From Sedimentisphaerales bacterium (GTDB lineage: Bacteria; Planctomycetota; Phycisphaerae; Sedimentisphaerales; SM23-30), in contig CAXXFK010000032.1 in assembly GCA_963663965.2 (NCBI GenBank), positions 32,001 to 96,000 of the forward strand: a stretch of DNA of 64,000 nucleotides, read 5' to 3'. The stretch's first letter is position 1. The number at the start of each line of letters is the position of its first letter. Below the pieces are notes generated by a model, which saw nothing but the letters and a program-made list of their open reading frames with translations, was not told the DNA's origin and searched no databases. The position numbers and the translations under genes were made by a program. Positions 11,312 through 22,900 of the stretch are shown piece after piece.

Positions 11312-11362
11312 AGCCATCTCCATTAAATATGTTTTACATTAATCATCCTGATACGTTACAAG

Positions 11363-11390
11363 GTTATACTTGAAATTCACAAAATGTCAA
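11363..11390 (-). promoter_or_regulatory. Putative sigma70 promoter
   Basis: TTGACA-N16-TATAAC on the minus strand, upstream of the propeller gene. Confidence 0.5.
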
Positions 11391-11528
11391 TCCACCCCCA
11401 CAAACCTTTATATAGACTACAGTTACAATACTTTCCCTGTCACTCACTCAGTCTCCATCACCGCAGTGCAACAATCCATAAAGCAACGAATATAATTCAG
11501 ACAATATTGCTTCCACCCACACAACCAT

Positions 11529-11555
11529 AAAAAAAGGCGCCCCTATTGGCGCCCC
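11529..11555 (-). terminator. Rho-independent terminator after phosphomannomutase
   Basis: Minus strand reads GGGGCGCC-AATAGG-GGCGCC followed by T7. Confidence 0.7.
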
Positions 11556-11587
11556 TGTGATTCATTTCAACGAACGATCGCTCTGGA

Positions 11588-12967
11588 TCAATGATCCACC
11601 GGCTCACCCAGCACAGCCTTGATCTCTGCCATTTTTACCTTCAATAACTCAGGATCCCTGGCTTCCAGGTTCAAACGCAGTAACGGCTCGGTATTGCTCG
11701 CCCGCAGGTTGAACCACCAGTCTTTCAACTGCACCGTCACGCCATCGAGCCGGTCGACTTCGGCGCCCGGATACTTGCCGGCCATGGTCTCCATCATGCC
11801 CTTCTTATCTTCCACTTCAAAATTCATTTCGCCGCTGACGCTGTACCGTTTCAACGGGTCGATAATCGTGCTCAATGGCTTCTTGACTTCTGACAGGATA
11901 TTGAGCATGTGAACCAGCGTAATCATGCCGCTGTCGGCGAAAAAGTTGTCACGATAGTAAAAATGCCCGCTCAACTCACCCCCAAAAACACCCTTGCTGT
12001 CCTTCAGCGTCTTTTTCATAAACGAATGTCCCACCCGTTCACGACGGGGCACACCGCCATGCTTCAGGATCTCTTCCTTAACCACCCAGCTGGACCGCAG
12101 ATCATAAACCACCGCCGAGCCCGGACTCTTCTTCAGAAAGTATCCCGCCAGCAGCGCTGTCAGAATATCGCAGCCCACAGTCTGGCCTTTCTCATCCACC
12201 ATCACCAGCCGGTCCGCGTCCCCATCGAAGCACACACCAAAATCCGCGCCCTTATCCAGAATCGTCTGCTTCAATTCCGCCAGGTTCATCTCCACCAGCG
12301 GATTGGGCTCATGTTTAAAAGTACCATCGGTCTCCATATTCAACAAGGTCATATCGACATCCCAATCGCCAAACAGCAAAGGCACCCATTTGCCGGCCAT
12401 CCCGTTGGATGCGTCCACCACCATCTTAAGCCGTTTGCCGTTGGGATTCAAAAAACTGCGCACATGCCGGCGATACGCCTCGGTCAGGTCCATTTCCGTC
12501 ACCGTTCCCTGTCCCGCCGATTCGGTATGACGCAATGACATCGCAATGTGCTTGATATCCTTCAGTCCCGTATCGCTGCCGATCGGCCGGGCGTGCTGGC
12601 CGCAAATCTTGAAGCCATTGTATTTCGCCGGATTATGGCTCGCGGTCACCTGGACACCGCCACAGGCGCCCAGGTGATTCACGGCGAAATAAATCTGCGG
12701 GGTATCGATCATGCCCACCTTAATGACATTGGCGCCCGAGCCGGTGATTCCTTCGATCAGCGCCTGGGTCAGGGACGGGCTGTGCGTCCGCATATCATGC
12801 CCCACCACCACACACTGGCTGTTGGCCTGGCCCCGGTCATAACCCTGTAACAGCGACCGCAGAAACTGTGCCGTGCCATGGCCGATCTTCCAGGCCGCCT
12901 CTTCATCAAACTGCTCGCCATAAATCCCACGGATATCGTATGCTTTAAAGATTTTTTCATCCATCAT
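11588..12967 (-). CDS. manB: Phosphomannomutase/phosphoglucomutase (ManB/AlgC family)
   Basis: IFKAYDIRG, catalytic TASHNP, metal-binding FDGDADR, sugar-binding GELSGH, RASNTEP. Confidence 0.9.
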   Translation of the reverse strand: MMDEKIFKAYDIRGIYGEQFDEEAAWKIGHGTAQFLRSLLQGYDRGQANSQCVVVGHDMRTHSPSLTQALIEGITGSGANVIKVGMIDTPQIYFAVNHLGACGGVQVTASHNPAKYNGFKICGQHARPIGSDTGLKDIKHIAMSLRHTESAGQGTVTEMDLTEAYRRHVRSFLNPNGKRLKMVVDASNGMAGKWVPLLFGDWDVDMTLLNMETDGTFKHEPNPLVEMNLAELKQTILDKGADFGVCFDGDADRLVMVDEKGQTVGCDILTALLAGYFLKKSPGSAVVYDLRSSWVVKEEILKHGGVPRRERVGHSFMKKTLKDSKGVFGGELSGHFYYRDNFFADSGMITLVHMLNILSEVKKPLSTIIDPLKRYSVSGEMNFEVEDKKGMMETMAGKYPGAEVDRLDGVTVQLKDWWFNLRASNTEPLLRLNLEARDPELLKVKMAEIKAVLGEPVDH

Positions 12968-13031
12968 AACAGAAAACCTTTCGCAATATTTTTAAAACGG
13001 ATTCGATACACGCCGGTATCGGTTATTGTTA

Positions 13032-13340
13032 TTAATAGGGAAACGGATTCGAATCATTCTCCGGATCATCCTCATCGTCATCCACCTTCCATTTCTCACT
13101 TTCGTTGATATCATCCATCTCCCGTTCCATATATTTAATCATCTTATCCTGAACCGGGGCCAGCCGCTCATTAAACTGAATCATGCGTTGATAAAGCTGC
13201 AGCAAGGCATCCAGACGCAACAACTGCATCTTCTCCAGGCAAGCCTCTTCTTTTATCGTACTGAATGGCTCACAGGATAATGTAATGCGGCCGGTTTTTT
13301 CATCCCGGTGGAAATATTCACAATCTTTACAATGTATCAC
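13032..13340 (-). CDS. Small hypothetical protein with N-terminal CxxC and acidic tail
   Basis: GTG start with GGAG SD, CKDCEYF...C...C motif; co-oriented with and just upstream of manB. Confidence 0.7.
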   Translation of the reverse strand: MIHCKDCEYFHRDEKTGRITLSCEPFSTIKEEACLEKMQLLRLDALLQLYQRMIQFNERLAPVQDKMIKYMEREMDDINESEKWKVDDDEDDPENDSNPFPY

Positions 13341-13360
13341 GGTTCGTCTCCAAAAGCCGC

Positions 13361-13389
13361 ATTCTAGACGAAATCAACTCCCATATCAA
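13361..13389 (-). promoter_or_regulatory. Putative sigma70 promoter for hypothetical-manB
   Basis: TTGATA-N17-TAGAAT on the minus strand. Confidence 0.6.
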
Positions 13390-13520
13390 GCAATGCTTTT
13401 CACTTATATCGCTTATCCAAACAGCCGACTATTTAAAAGATACTTTCCGTAATTCATCAACCAACCCCAGTAAAGTACAAAAACCCAAAATATCAAGACG
13501 AACAACATCGATCATACACC

Positions 13521-16500
13521 ATGAGAATTTTGAAAATGTCTATGCAACGCTTAACTTTCACGCTGATAATCTTACTCATCCTATCTCCTTTAACCGGTGC
13601 AGCTTATATCAATGTACCTGATGTTCTGCTCCAGTTGGCCAATCCGGATGAACCGCAGGAAGAATCCGTCGAATATTACGACTCCCGTTATGACCGGCTT
13701 AACCAGAAGATCATTAACCTGAGTTGCCATACCAGTTTATATCAATCAGCCGGTTCAGCCTGGTTTCAGATTGGTTTTCAATGGATCGATTCGGGCCGTC
13801 CGGGCCTGGCCTTTGCCGTCCAGATCAACCCCGATGGTCAGACCACGCTCTTACGGAATAATGAAGCGGTTTTCACCGAAAACCTGACCCTGACGAACAA
13901 AGATCTGCTGCAAATCGAGCTCGACCGGATCAATCGCACGGCCACAGCCAGCCTCAATGGACAGCCCATCGGCCCGACCGTAACCGCCATTGATATTGAC
14001 CATCAGTCCGATAAACCCAGACTTGTGCTGGCTGCCTGGAAAAGCGACGATTGCATTATTGCCAGTTTCAGTATTTCCTCGATCACCATCGACTACAAGG
14101 ATTACACCAGCGAAACCCTCTCACCCTATTCTCTCGATGTAATTCCTGCCACCCCCATGCGTAGCCGCCTCATTGAAAGTATCGGCGATGCCGCCGGCCA
14201 GGTGGCCATCATCGCCTCCGATGAATACCTCGACCTGCATAATGCCCTGAAACTGGCCGAACTCAACAACCCACCTCGTCAGGTATCCTTCGGACCCATC
14301 ATCGTCGCCGGCCAGGGCGCCCATCCCGACAACCACACCCTGGTACGGATCCTCGACCGGTACCAGGTCATCCACAACCAGTTTCTGGCCTATCCGCCCG
14401 AAGTGCGTGGCGGTGTTGATGTGGCGGTCGGTGAACTGGAAGGCAGCGGCTGGCAGATCGCTACGGTTCCCCTGCGCCCGGAAACAACCCACGAAATCCG
14501 ACTCTTCAACGAACTGGGCGGATTGATCCGCACCTTCAACCACAACAGTACCGACGCCCTCGCCCTCAAACTCGAAACCGGCCGTTTCCTCAATCAATCC
14601 AATTACGCCTGTATCGCGCTCCCGGCCGCCAATCCCACCCGCATCATCTTCTACGACAGCCTGGGCAACCAGCTCCGCGAAACTCCCCTGTCCGACTGGA
14701 CCGAAACCACACTGGCGCTTGCCCGCGTCGATGGCCCGGCCCGTGACCGACTGCTCGTATACAACATAACCCAGCAGCAGGTCGCCCTGCTCAATCCGGA
14801 TGGCACAGCCCAATTTTACCCATTCCCCGATACGGCCGCGATCACCCAACTCTCACCCGACGCGTTCAATCCCAACGCCATTCTCGCGTCCTTGCCCGAT
14901 GATACCTTTTCCCGCATCGACCGCTACACCCTCTCCGCAACCGACCTGGTCTATTCCGATCAGCTAAACATCGGTGAACGCGAAAACACCTTCTGGTTCC
15001 TGCAGGGCTGCTGCCCCCTGAATAATGGCGATGGCAACTACGTCAAACAGGGCCTCTATCGCCACCTGCGCGTCGATCACGCCGACTATCTCGATCAGGT
15101 CAGCGCCTACGACACCGACCCGGCCGCACTCTGGGAACCGACTTACTCGCACCGCGAATTCCCTGACATCGGTGTCAGTCCCGGCAATTTCAAAGACATC
15201 GCCGGCGACATCACCGGCCAGACCGGGCGCCCCGTGGTCAATTACCTCGATACTGGCCTGCCCCGTTATTACATGCTCGGCCGCTACAACCACACCGAGA
15301 CCATTACCGATGTTGACAGCCAGTTCCTGTCCAAAACCTACGCCCTGAACGATCCCAATCTCGACACCAACCTGAACCACAACCTCACCATTAACCTCAG
15401 CGAACTGGCCGCCCGTCACCGCGCCAATCCCGAACATTTTGTCGGGGTCGAACCCAACCACGAATTCAAAATCCCCAATGGTCTGGCCGACAACAATTAC
15501 GGCGACTACAACCCGCTCATGATCATCGGGTTCCACACCTGGCTCATTGGCCTCTATGGCGATATGACCGCCATCAACGCCCGTTTCGATACCCCCTTTA
15601 CCACCCGGTTCGATGCCCCGCGCAACCTCAACCGCGGCCCCTGGGACAGCTACGACGTCGATAATCCTTTCTTTATGGCCTGGCTCGCTTACAATCGCTA
15701 CGTCATCAATCGCCGCATCGCCGACACCTGCGCCACCGCCCTGGCCCTGGGCTTCGCCCCCGAAACCATCACCACCCACCAGATCCCCGATAATTTCACC
15801 TTCCGCAACCACGATATCGACCCGGTCAATCCCCTGCCCGATCAGTATCGCATCACGCCGGTCGATTTCGCCGCCGCCAGTGAAACCAATTTCGGTATCA
15901 CCCGCTACGGCAATGTCTTCAACCGCGTCACCAATATCTTCCAGGCCGCCTATACCAGCGGCTACCACCAATGGGGCCTGGGTGAATATTCCCTGTTCGA
16001 CGGATCCGCCACCGATCATTATCAACAGCTCCAATACCTGCTCGATCACGGCCTGTTCTTCGCCCACATGATGGCCTTCGATACCGAGGACCAGATCTCC
16101 GCCATGCAGATGCTCCGCGCTGAAAATGCCCCGCGCCGCGGGTCCGCCGGCGGCGTCGGCCAGCTGCGACCCTGCGCCCTCGGAGATCAAACCTGCAACA
16201 TCGCCCGGATCGGCGCCGATTCCTCATTTGTCGGACTGCTCAAAAGCCTCGACGCCAATGGCGACTGGGATGGTGTCGTCTATTGCGTGCCGTTCCGCAG
16301 CCAGATCGATATCCAGACCATCGATAGTCCCGCCGCCTTAACGCTCACCGATCCTGTCACCTTCGAAGCCGGCCGCCTCGAAGCCGGCTCGCAATACGAA
16401 CTGTCCTTCACCGCCTCTGCCGCCGCCGCCACCCTGCTCACCATCGCCGTCGAACACGATGGCGTCATGCCCGCCGATATGCAGGCCCCCTTCACCGTCA

Positions 16501-16922
16501 ACGCTCAACCGCGCCATTACCGTTTCATCCTGCGCGGCCAGCTTGCCCTCGATCATATCAAACTCCACCTGACCGCCGATTCACCCACCGAGTTGAGCGA
16601 CCTCCTGCTCACCCGCCAGCAAAGCCTCACTTTCAGCCTGGCCGAAGAACGCCTCAGCGGCCAGCCCCATCCCGGCGGCTTCGAATACGATATCGTCATC
16701 CCACACCCCACCTGCCAGAACCTGCTCGACTCCGGCCAGACCCTCCCCATGGACCTCTCCGGCCCCGCCGGCCACCCCGACTGCCGCGTCGATCTCTACG
16801 ACCTGGCCCTCCTCTCCGCCCAATGGCAGCAATCCACCCCAACCGCCACCATGGACATCCCCGCCCTCATCCAGATGACCACCACCTGGCTCACCACCAA
16901 CGACCCGGCTTATCCCTATTAA
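13521..16922 (+). CDS. Secreted multidomain protein with putative clan GH-A (GH42-like) glycoside hydrolase domain and C-terminal dockerin-like domain
   Basis: Signal peptide; FG-GAP-like RGGVDVAVG; VEPNHE (acid/base-like); FHTWLIGLYGDMTAINARFDTPF resembling GH42 F..WL..KYG.I..LN..WGT.F; WGLGEY (nucleophile-like); DLSG...DCRVDLYDLALLSAQW. Confidence 0.6.
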   Translation: MRILKMSMQRLTFTLIILLILSPLTGAAYINVPDVLLQLANPDEPQEESVEYYDSRYDRLNQKIINLSCHTSLYQSAGSAWFQIGFQWIDSGRPGLAFAVQINPDGQTTLLRNNEAVFTENLTLTNKDLLQIELDRINRTATASLNGQPIGPTVTAIDIDHQSDKPRLVLAAWKSDDCIIASFSISSITIDYKDYTSETLSPYSLDVIPATPMRSRLIESIGDAAGQVAIIASDEYLDLHNALKLAELNNPPRQVSFGPIIVAGQGAHPDNHTLVRILDRYQVIHNQFLAYPPEVRGGVDVAVGELEGSGWQIATVPLRPETTHEIRLFNELGGLIRTFNHNSTDALALKLETGRFLNQSNYACIALPAANPTRIIFYDSLGNQLRETPLSDWTETTLALARVDGPARDRLLVYNITQQQVALLNPDGTAQFYPFPDTAAITQLSPDAFNPNAILASLPDDTFSRIDRYTLSATDLVYSDQLNIGERENTFWFLQGCCPLNNGDGNYVKQGLYRHLRVDHADYLDQVSAYDTDPAALWEPTYSHREFPDIGVSPGNFKDIAGDITGQTGRPVVNYLDTGLPRYYMLGRYNHTETITDVDSQFLSKTYALNDPNLDTNLNHNLTINLSELAARHRANPEHFVGVEPNHEFKIPNGLADNNYGDYNPLMIIGFHTWLIGLYGDMTAINARFDTPFTTRFDAPRNLNRGPWDSYDVDNPFFMAWLAYNRYVINRRIADTCATALALGFAPETITTHQIPDNFTFRNHDIDPVNPLPDQYRITPVDFAAASETNFGITRYGNVFNRVTNIFQAAYTSGYHQWGLGEYSLFDGSATDHYQQLQYLLDHGLFFAHMMAFDTEDQISAMQMLRAENAPRRGSAGGVGQLRPCALGDQTCNIARIGADSSFVGLLKSLDANGDWDGVVYCVPFRSQIDIQTIDSPAALTLTDPVTFEAGRLEAGSQYELSFTASAAAATLLTIAVEHDGVMPADMQAPFTVNAQPRHYRFILRGQLALDHIKLHLTADSPTELSDLLLTRQQSLTFSLAEERLSGQPHPGGFEYDIVIPHPTCQNLLDSGQTLPMDLSGPAGHPDCRVDLYDLALLSAQWQQSTPTATMDIPALIQMTTTWLTTNDPAYPY

Positions 16923-16971
16923 CCCGGTATCCGCCGGCCATCCTTACCTCAGTCAATTTTCATAAGCGAAG

Positions 16972-19900
16972 TCAATCCCCCATCTGCGCCAATCCTATTA
17001 TTTCCGCCTCAGTCAATACCCGCCGATAAATCCGCAAATCATCGATCGCTCCGCCAAACGCCTTGCCACCCCCATCTCGATCCCCGATCGTCACCGGAAT
17101 CGTCGTATCCATCACCCGATCCCCACTCAAAGCCGACTGCTGCACCGTCTCCACCTCCACTCCATCCACATAGACATGAACCTTCCGGTCCCCAAAATCA
17201 TCATACATCATCGCCACATGAGTCCATCGCCCAACCTCCGGTGTAAATTCCGTCTCCGTCAACGCATAGACATCACTTCCACCGACAAACCCCGTCAAAT
17301 GCCCACCATGCGCTCCCCACAACTGAAAACTCCACACATGACTCGACAAATCACGCTGGCCAATCATATGCATGGTATTGGTGAACGAGACTTCATCCGC
17401 TTTGACCCACATCGCGACTGCCATATGCGGAATTGATACAACCGCGGAATCAGTTCCGCAATCAACATAATCATCCAGACCATCTAAAACCAAAGCGCCG
17501 GCGCCAATATGTGCTTGATCCCCATCAATGGTGGCCCCATTGATAAGGCTGCCATGATATCCTTCCTGCTGATCATCGCCATTGCTATCAAAAGGATAAT
17601 ATCCTACCAACGGGTCGATATCCAACCATTCACCTCCCTCAAGCCAGTTGTTCGCCAGATGAATCAAAGAATCCATCTCCACTATTCCGTTACCAGGATC
17701 CAGACTATGATAAGAGCGCCACGGATACTCACACAGCCAGTTCTCGGATATGGCCGCAAAATCAATAAAATCCACCCCATAACTGCCCGCAAAATCACCG
17801 GGAATATCCTTCTGCCACCATAACATCGGATAGCCCTCATCCTGATAAGGCATATGCCAGATATCTTGAATGCCATTCCCACTTTCATTAACAAAATCCC
17901 AATTATAACTTAAATAAAGATACTGATCGTAAAGACTTCCCGTTGGCCATCCCTTTATTCCTGATGGAACCTCACCACTTCCAACTGAAGTGCACCCTTG
18001 GCATTTGTCTTTATCCCAGAAACAACCATAAATGAAAGCCCCTTTGTTAATCCCGCAAAATCCTCCCGACTCGGAGGCAGTCTCACTGATAGACACCATC
18101 GATAGGTTGTTTAAGAGTTCTCCTCCATTGCTGTTTTCTCCAATGAAACCACCGAGGGTTGAACTGCCAGTGACCTGACCTTCCGCCTTACAATTATGAA
18201 CCATATAACTGTTAATCCCGATAAAACCTCCGGCATTAGAATGGCTTTCCACTAGCGCATTGGTATAGCAGCCGTATACTCGACTGTCATTTTGCCCCAT
18301 CAGCCCCCCCGTCGAGAACCCTCCCACAACATGCCCCTCGAATGAACAAGAATCAATTCTTGAACCGAATTCAGCATTGCCAATCAAACCGCCCACACTA
18401 GACTGCCCTTTTACATAACCGTCAACATGACAATTATAAACTTCACAATCATATTTCAATGACCCGACCAATCCCCCAACTTGATAAGCATAAATAGCAT
18501 CGATGTAAATATTCTCAACACGTAAATTGCTGATCACACCGGCTCCGGATTCTCCAAAAATTCCAGTGTTCAGGGTATAATCTGTTACAAGGGTATAATT
18601 GAAAATCGTATAATTCCGGCCATCAAAATTCCCTTTAAATAAGACCTCACTGTTTCCAATCGGTATTGCCGCCTTACCTGACCAGGTATTCATATCAATA
18701 TCGTTCGTCAGGACAAAATATCTCATCCAATCCTCCGGATGATATCCAATTTCAATCATTTGCTCCGCGGTGCTTATCAAATACGGACTGCGGTAACTTC
18801 CCATCCCACCGCCATAAACGCAATATTGGGGACCAACTCCTCTTAATCGTGCATAGTCCCGGCCCTCCTGGATCACCCAAATAGTATTAAAGTCAAACTC
18901 GCAGTCCAGATAGGTTGACTGGGTCTGCATTTCCGCCGTTGAACATTCTTCGGGCCAGGACAGGGTGTTACCGGTTCCATCCTCACTCCCAACATCCAAA
19001 GCCTGATTCGCCGTATCGATGTCCCATAAGATATGTTGGCCTCGAGATCCATCGCCTTGAAATCCGCCCGTAAAGACTCCGCTGCCGCTGACCGCTCCGC
19101 AGCAATAACACTGCGTCAATACATCTGACATATTATAAGACCGGTATCCCGTAAATCCTCCAACATAAGTATCTCCGCAAACGGCGCCCGAAGCATAACA
19201 ATTGGTTATCCGGCCAGATTGGATTGAACCAATCAATCCACCAACATAATGGATACCATTAACCTCCCCTGTCGCACAACATTTATCCACAATGGAACCA
19301 TTAATGCTACCAACCAAACCCCCGATATAATCACCGGTACCCTCAACCTGGCAAAGTGAATAACACTCCAGTAGATTTTGATTCCCGGTGCATGCACCGG
19401 CCACTCCCCCGACTAAACGTTCCCCCGTAATAATACCCGATGAACCACATCGCTCTAACTGACCGGTACTTTGCCCGGCTATACCACCACAATATTGAAT
19501 TCCAGTCAAATGCCCAAGGTAGCTGCTATCGGTAATGGCGCTGCTTAGACCGGCAATCCCTCCCACATAGGTATTCCCGACAATATCAGCGTCAACATGA
19601 TTATTGACAATCTGTTTTTTATTTTCACCGGCCACACCGCCGACATAATGAAAACCATCCAGTCTCCCACTAAATGAACTATCCAGTATTCTTCCCCATG
19701 AAAATCCGGCAAGGCCTCCAAGAAAACTTCTGGCCTTCAACATCCCATCCACCCGGCAGTTTTGAATCTTTCCAAGGTTATAGCCGGCTATCGCCCCCAC
19801 ATAGCGATTCGATTCCAGATCAATATCGACTTGCTTCATTATTAAATCGTATATATTACTCTGATCACCCAGATAAGCAAAAAGACCGACATATTCTTTA

Positions 19901-22900
19901 CCATTACCCTTCCAGGTAAAATTTTGAACGACATGATGATTACCATACAATGTTCCCTGAAATGGAACATAGGGTTCTTTGCCATTGCTGAAACCGATTT
20001 GGTTATATTGCCCATCAGACAAATTGGCCAGATCGATGTCTTGCATTAATTTAAAACAACTCTCCCAATGATCCCGAATCAAGCCAATCGTATTAAACTG
20101 ATCAACCGTATAGATCAGAAACGGATCGTCATAGGTACCAATGCCACCGCCATAATTATACCCCGCGGCCAGACTGATCGGCTGACTCCAATTATTGTCA
20201 CGATTAACCTCATCCTCCCAGTTTTCAACTACGGTTGAAACTCTATAGAAATAAATCCCCGGATCCATGGGCGCCTGAATAGTCAGTTCAACTTCCTGAT
20301 ACTCTCCTGCTTTTAATTGGTCCAGATAATGTTCAGCCACGACAGCCTCTTCCCCCAGCTCCTCCCAATCCACATCGGCTGAACTGGTCAGGTATATCCG
20401 GGTAGTAATATGGCTTGCCGTTCCATTAGCGAATGTATTGCTGACATTCTTAACAATGAAACGAATAACCGTTTCTTCACCGGCTATGACTGCCTTCCCG
20501 ATCGGTCCCACATCTTCAAGTCTGATATCCACAATATCACGATAGTCTGGCAAACCGCTATCCGGATCGATTCGCCAGATAGATTCAAAGTCCCAGCCCA
20601 GCTGCTCGTAAAATTCTTTTTGCCCCATCTGTGCTGTAGTCAAACCCAATACCCCTACTGGCTGGCTGGCTGAATCACCCAATCCTTCAGTCAGGCCCGA
20701 TGCCTCAATATCCCAGACCGAGAAAGTAACTCCTTCACCACCTCCCACCAAACCACCAACCATATCAGTCCCGATCACTTTACCGCTGGCATAACAATGC
20801 CGGACGAATCCAATACCCAAATTATTTATGTAACCAATCAAACCACCGACCTGTACCCCTCCAGCCACATCACATCTGGCGTAACTTTCTTCAATTATAC
20901 TGTCTCTTCCTAAACTTGAAACGAGTCCGCCAATATAATATTTCCCACTGACAGAACCTTCGGCGTAACAGTAACCGATCTCTCCAACGTTATATCCCAC
21001 CAGCCCGCCGGCCTGTGTATCCGTTTCGATATCCACTTCCGCATAACAATGAAACAATTTGCCATCATTTTGGCCGACCAATCCCCCGCATGAGTAATAA
21101 TGACTGGTCTCATCATATGCAATGACCAGATTGCTGTGACTGAAACAGATCATACCGAACTTGTAGTTTATACCAACCAATCCACCCACAACTGATCCAT
21201 ACAAAATCACCGGTTCGGCGCTGCAATCCATAATATATCCCTGGTTCCCACCCACCAGTCCACCAACCTGACAATCCGAATCTAAGGTAGATCTATTTTC
21301 TATTAACGCCTGTGAATGACTCCGATAAATTTCCCCGTGATTCCGGCCTACCAGACCTCCGATACAGGAATCCCACTCGTAATAAGTCGTCTTAATTCGA
21401 CTGTCGCACTGGCAACTATCTAAAATGCCATAATTTTCCCCGGCTATCCCTCCTACCTCACCAACCTTGCCTTTCGACAAATAGCCGGTACTAATGCAGT
21501 TTTGAATAATGCCATAATTGATGGCAGCGATTCCCCCAACCGTATTATTATAATCATCGCAGAAGTTATCACTATCATAAAAATGATTATTTATGGAACA
21601 TTCCCTGATTTCTCCATAGTTGACTAGCGTCATTCCCCCATAGCTATAACAAGAACGCCCGCTATAATTAAAGTGGCCGTTAACTTTTAAATTCAGGTTC
21701 TTGACAATCCCATTTTCTCCAATAAATCCAAATAAAGATTTAGCATCCAAATTATAATTGATCAGATGCCCCAATCCATTCAATATTCCTTCAAACTTGA
21801 TCCAGTCAGGATTATACGGCGATTCTGGATCTCCAATTTCATAAACATCATTACTGTCTACTAATGCTTCCAAGATATCCAAATCACTCAATAACACGAT
21901 ATACTCATGCCATAATTCCGGCTTATGCGTCAATGCCACAAAATCACCGATCGTATTGATGCAATGAGCCCTGCAGGAGATCCCCTGACCCCCTTGAAAT
22001 TCTTCACCAACGGCGAGGACGATGATTTCACTCCAATTATCATCCGCCAGATACTCCGGTTCCCCGGAACCGGCCTTCGCTTTCATACGGATATAATATA
22101 CTCCCTCCTCTGATGGTGTCGTCATGACAATTTCGCCTGAATATTGGGTGCACGACTCTAACGCTTCAACATACACGGTATCAACAATGTTGAAGTCTCC
22201 CTCTGGCGCTTCCCAATCGACTCCGGCATTGGTTGACATCAATACATCAATGGATACCGGCATGCTGGAAGCCGCTTCGCCATTTAACAGGCCGTTGTTC
22301 GAAACGCAATATTCGAGCACGAGTGACTCATTCGGCCCTTTTTCGAAATAATTCTCCTGACCATATTCCGCACTCAGATTGGCAACTTCCGGACCGACCC
22401 CCAACAATACCGGATAACTCATGCCATCACAGATCGTCCATATTGAAAAATCCCAACCGGCATCAAGATACATTTGGGAATTTTTTAGTTCATCGGAACT
22501 CATCCCATATAAGCCATCTGCTACATCGTAGTCACCAATACCAGGCATATAATGATTAATATCATTATTCCAGAAACAGGCGCTTAATTGTCCTCGAAAT
22601 GTTGAACCGGAAAAACTACCCGACGCTCCTCCACCCGATACTTTGGCCTGCGTATAACAATTAGTAATGTCGCCTCCATTAATACCCGTAATACCTCCAA
22701 GATAATAATATGCCTTTACGTCTCCACTTATCTGACCGTTACTGTAACAATTGAAAATAGTCTGCCCATTACGTCCCGTTAATCCTCCAGCATAACCAGA
22801 ACCTTCAACTGAAATAATACATTGGCTGCAACTTTCTTCTATATGTCCAATATTATGACCAGCCATGCCCCCGATATAATAATAAAAGGAAGACGTTCCA

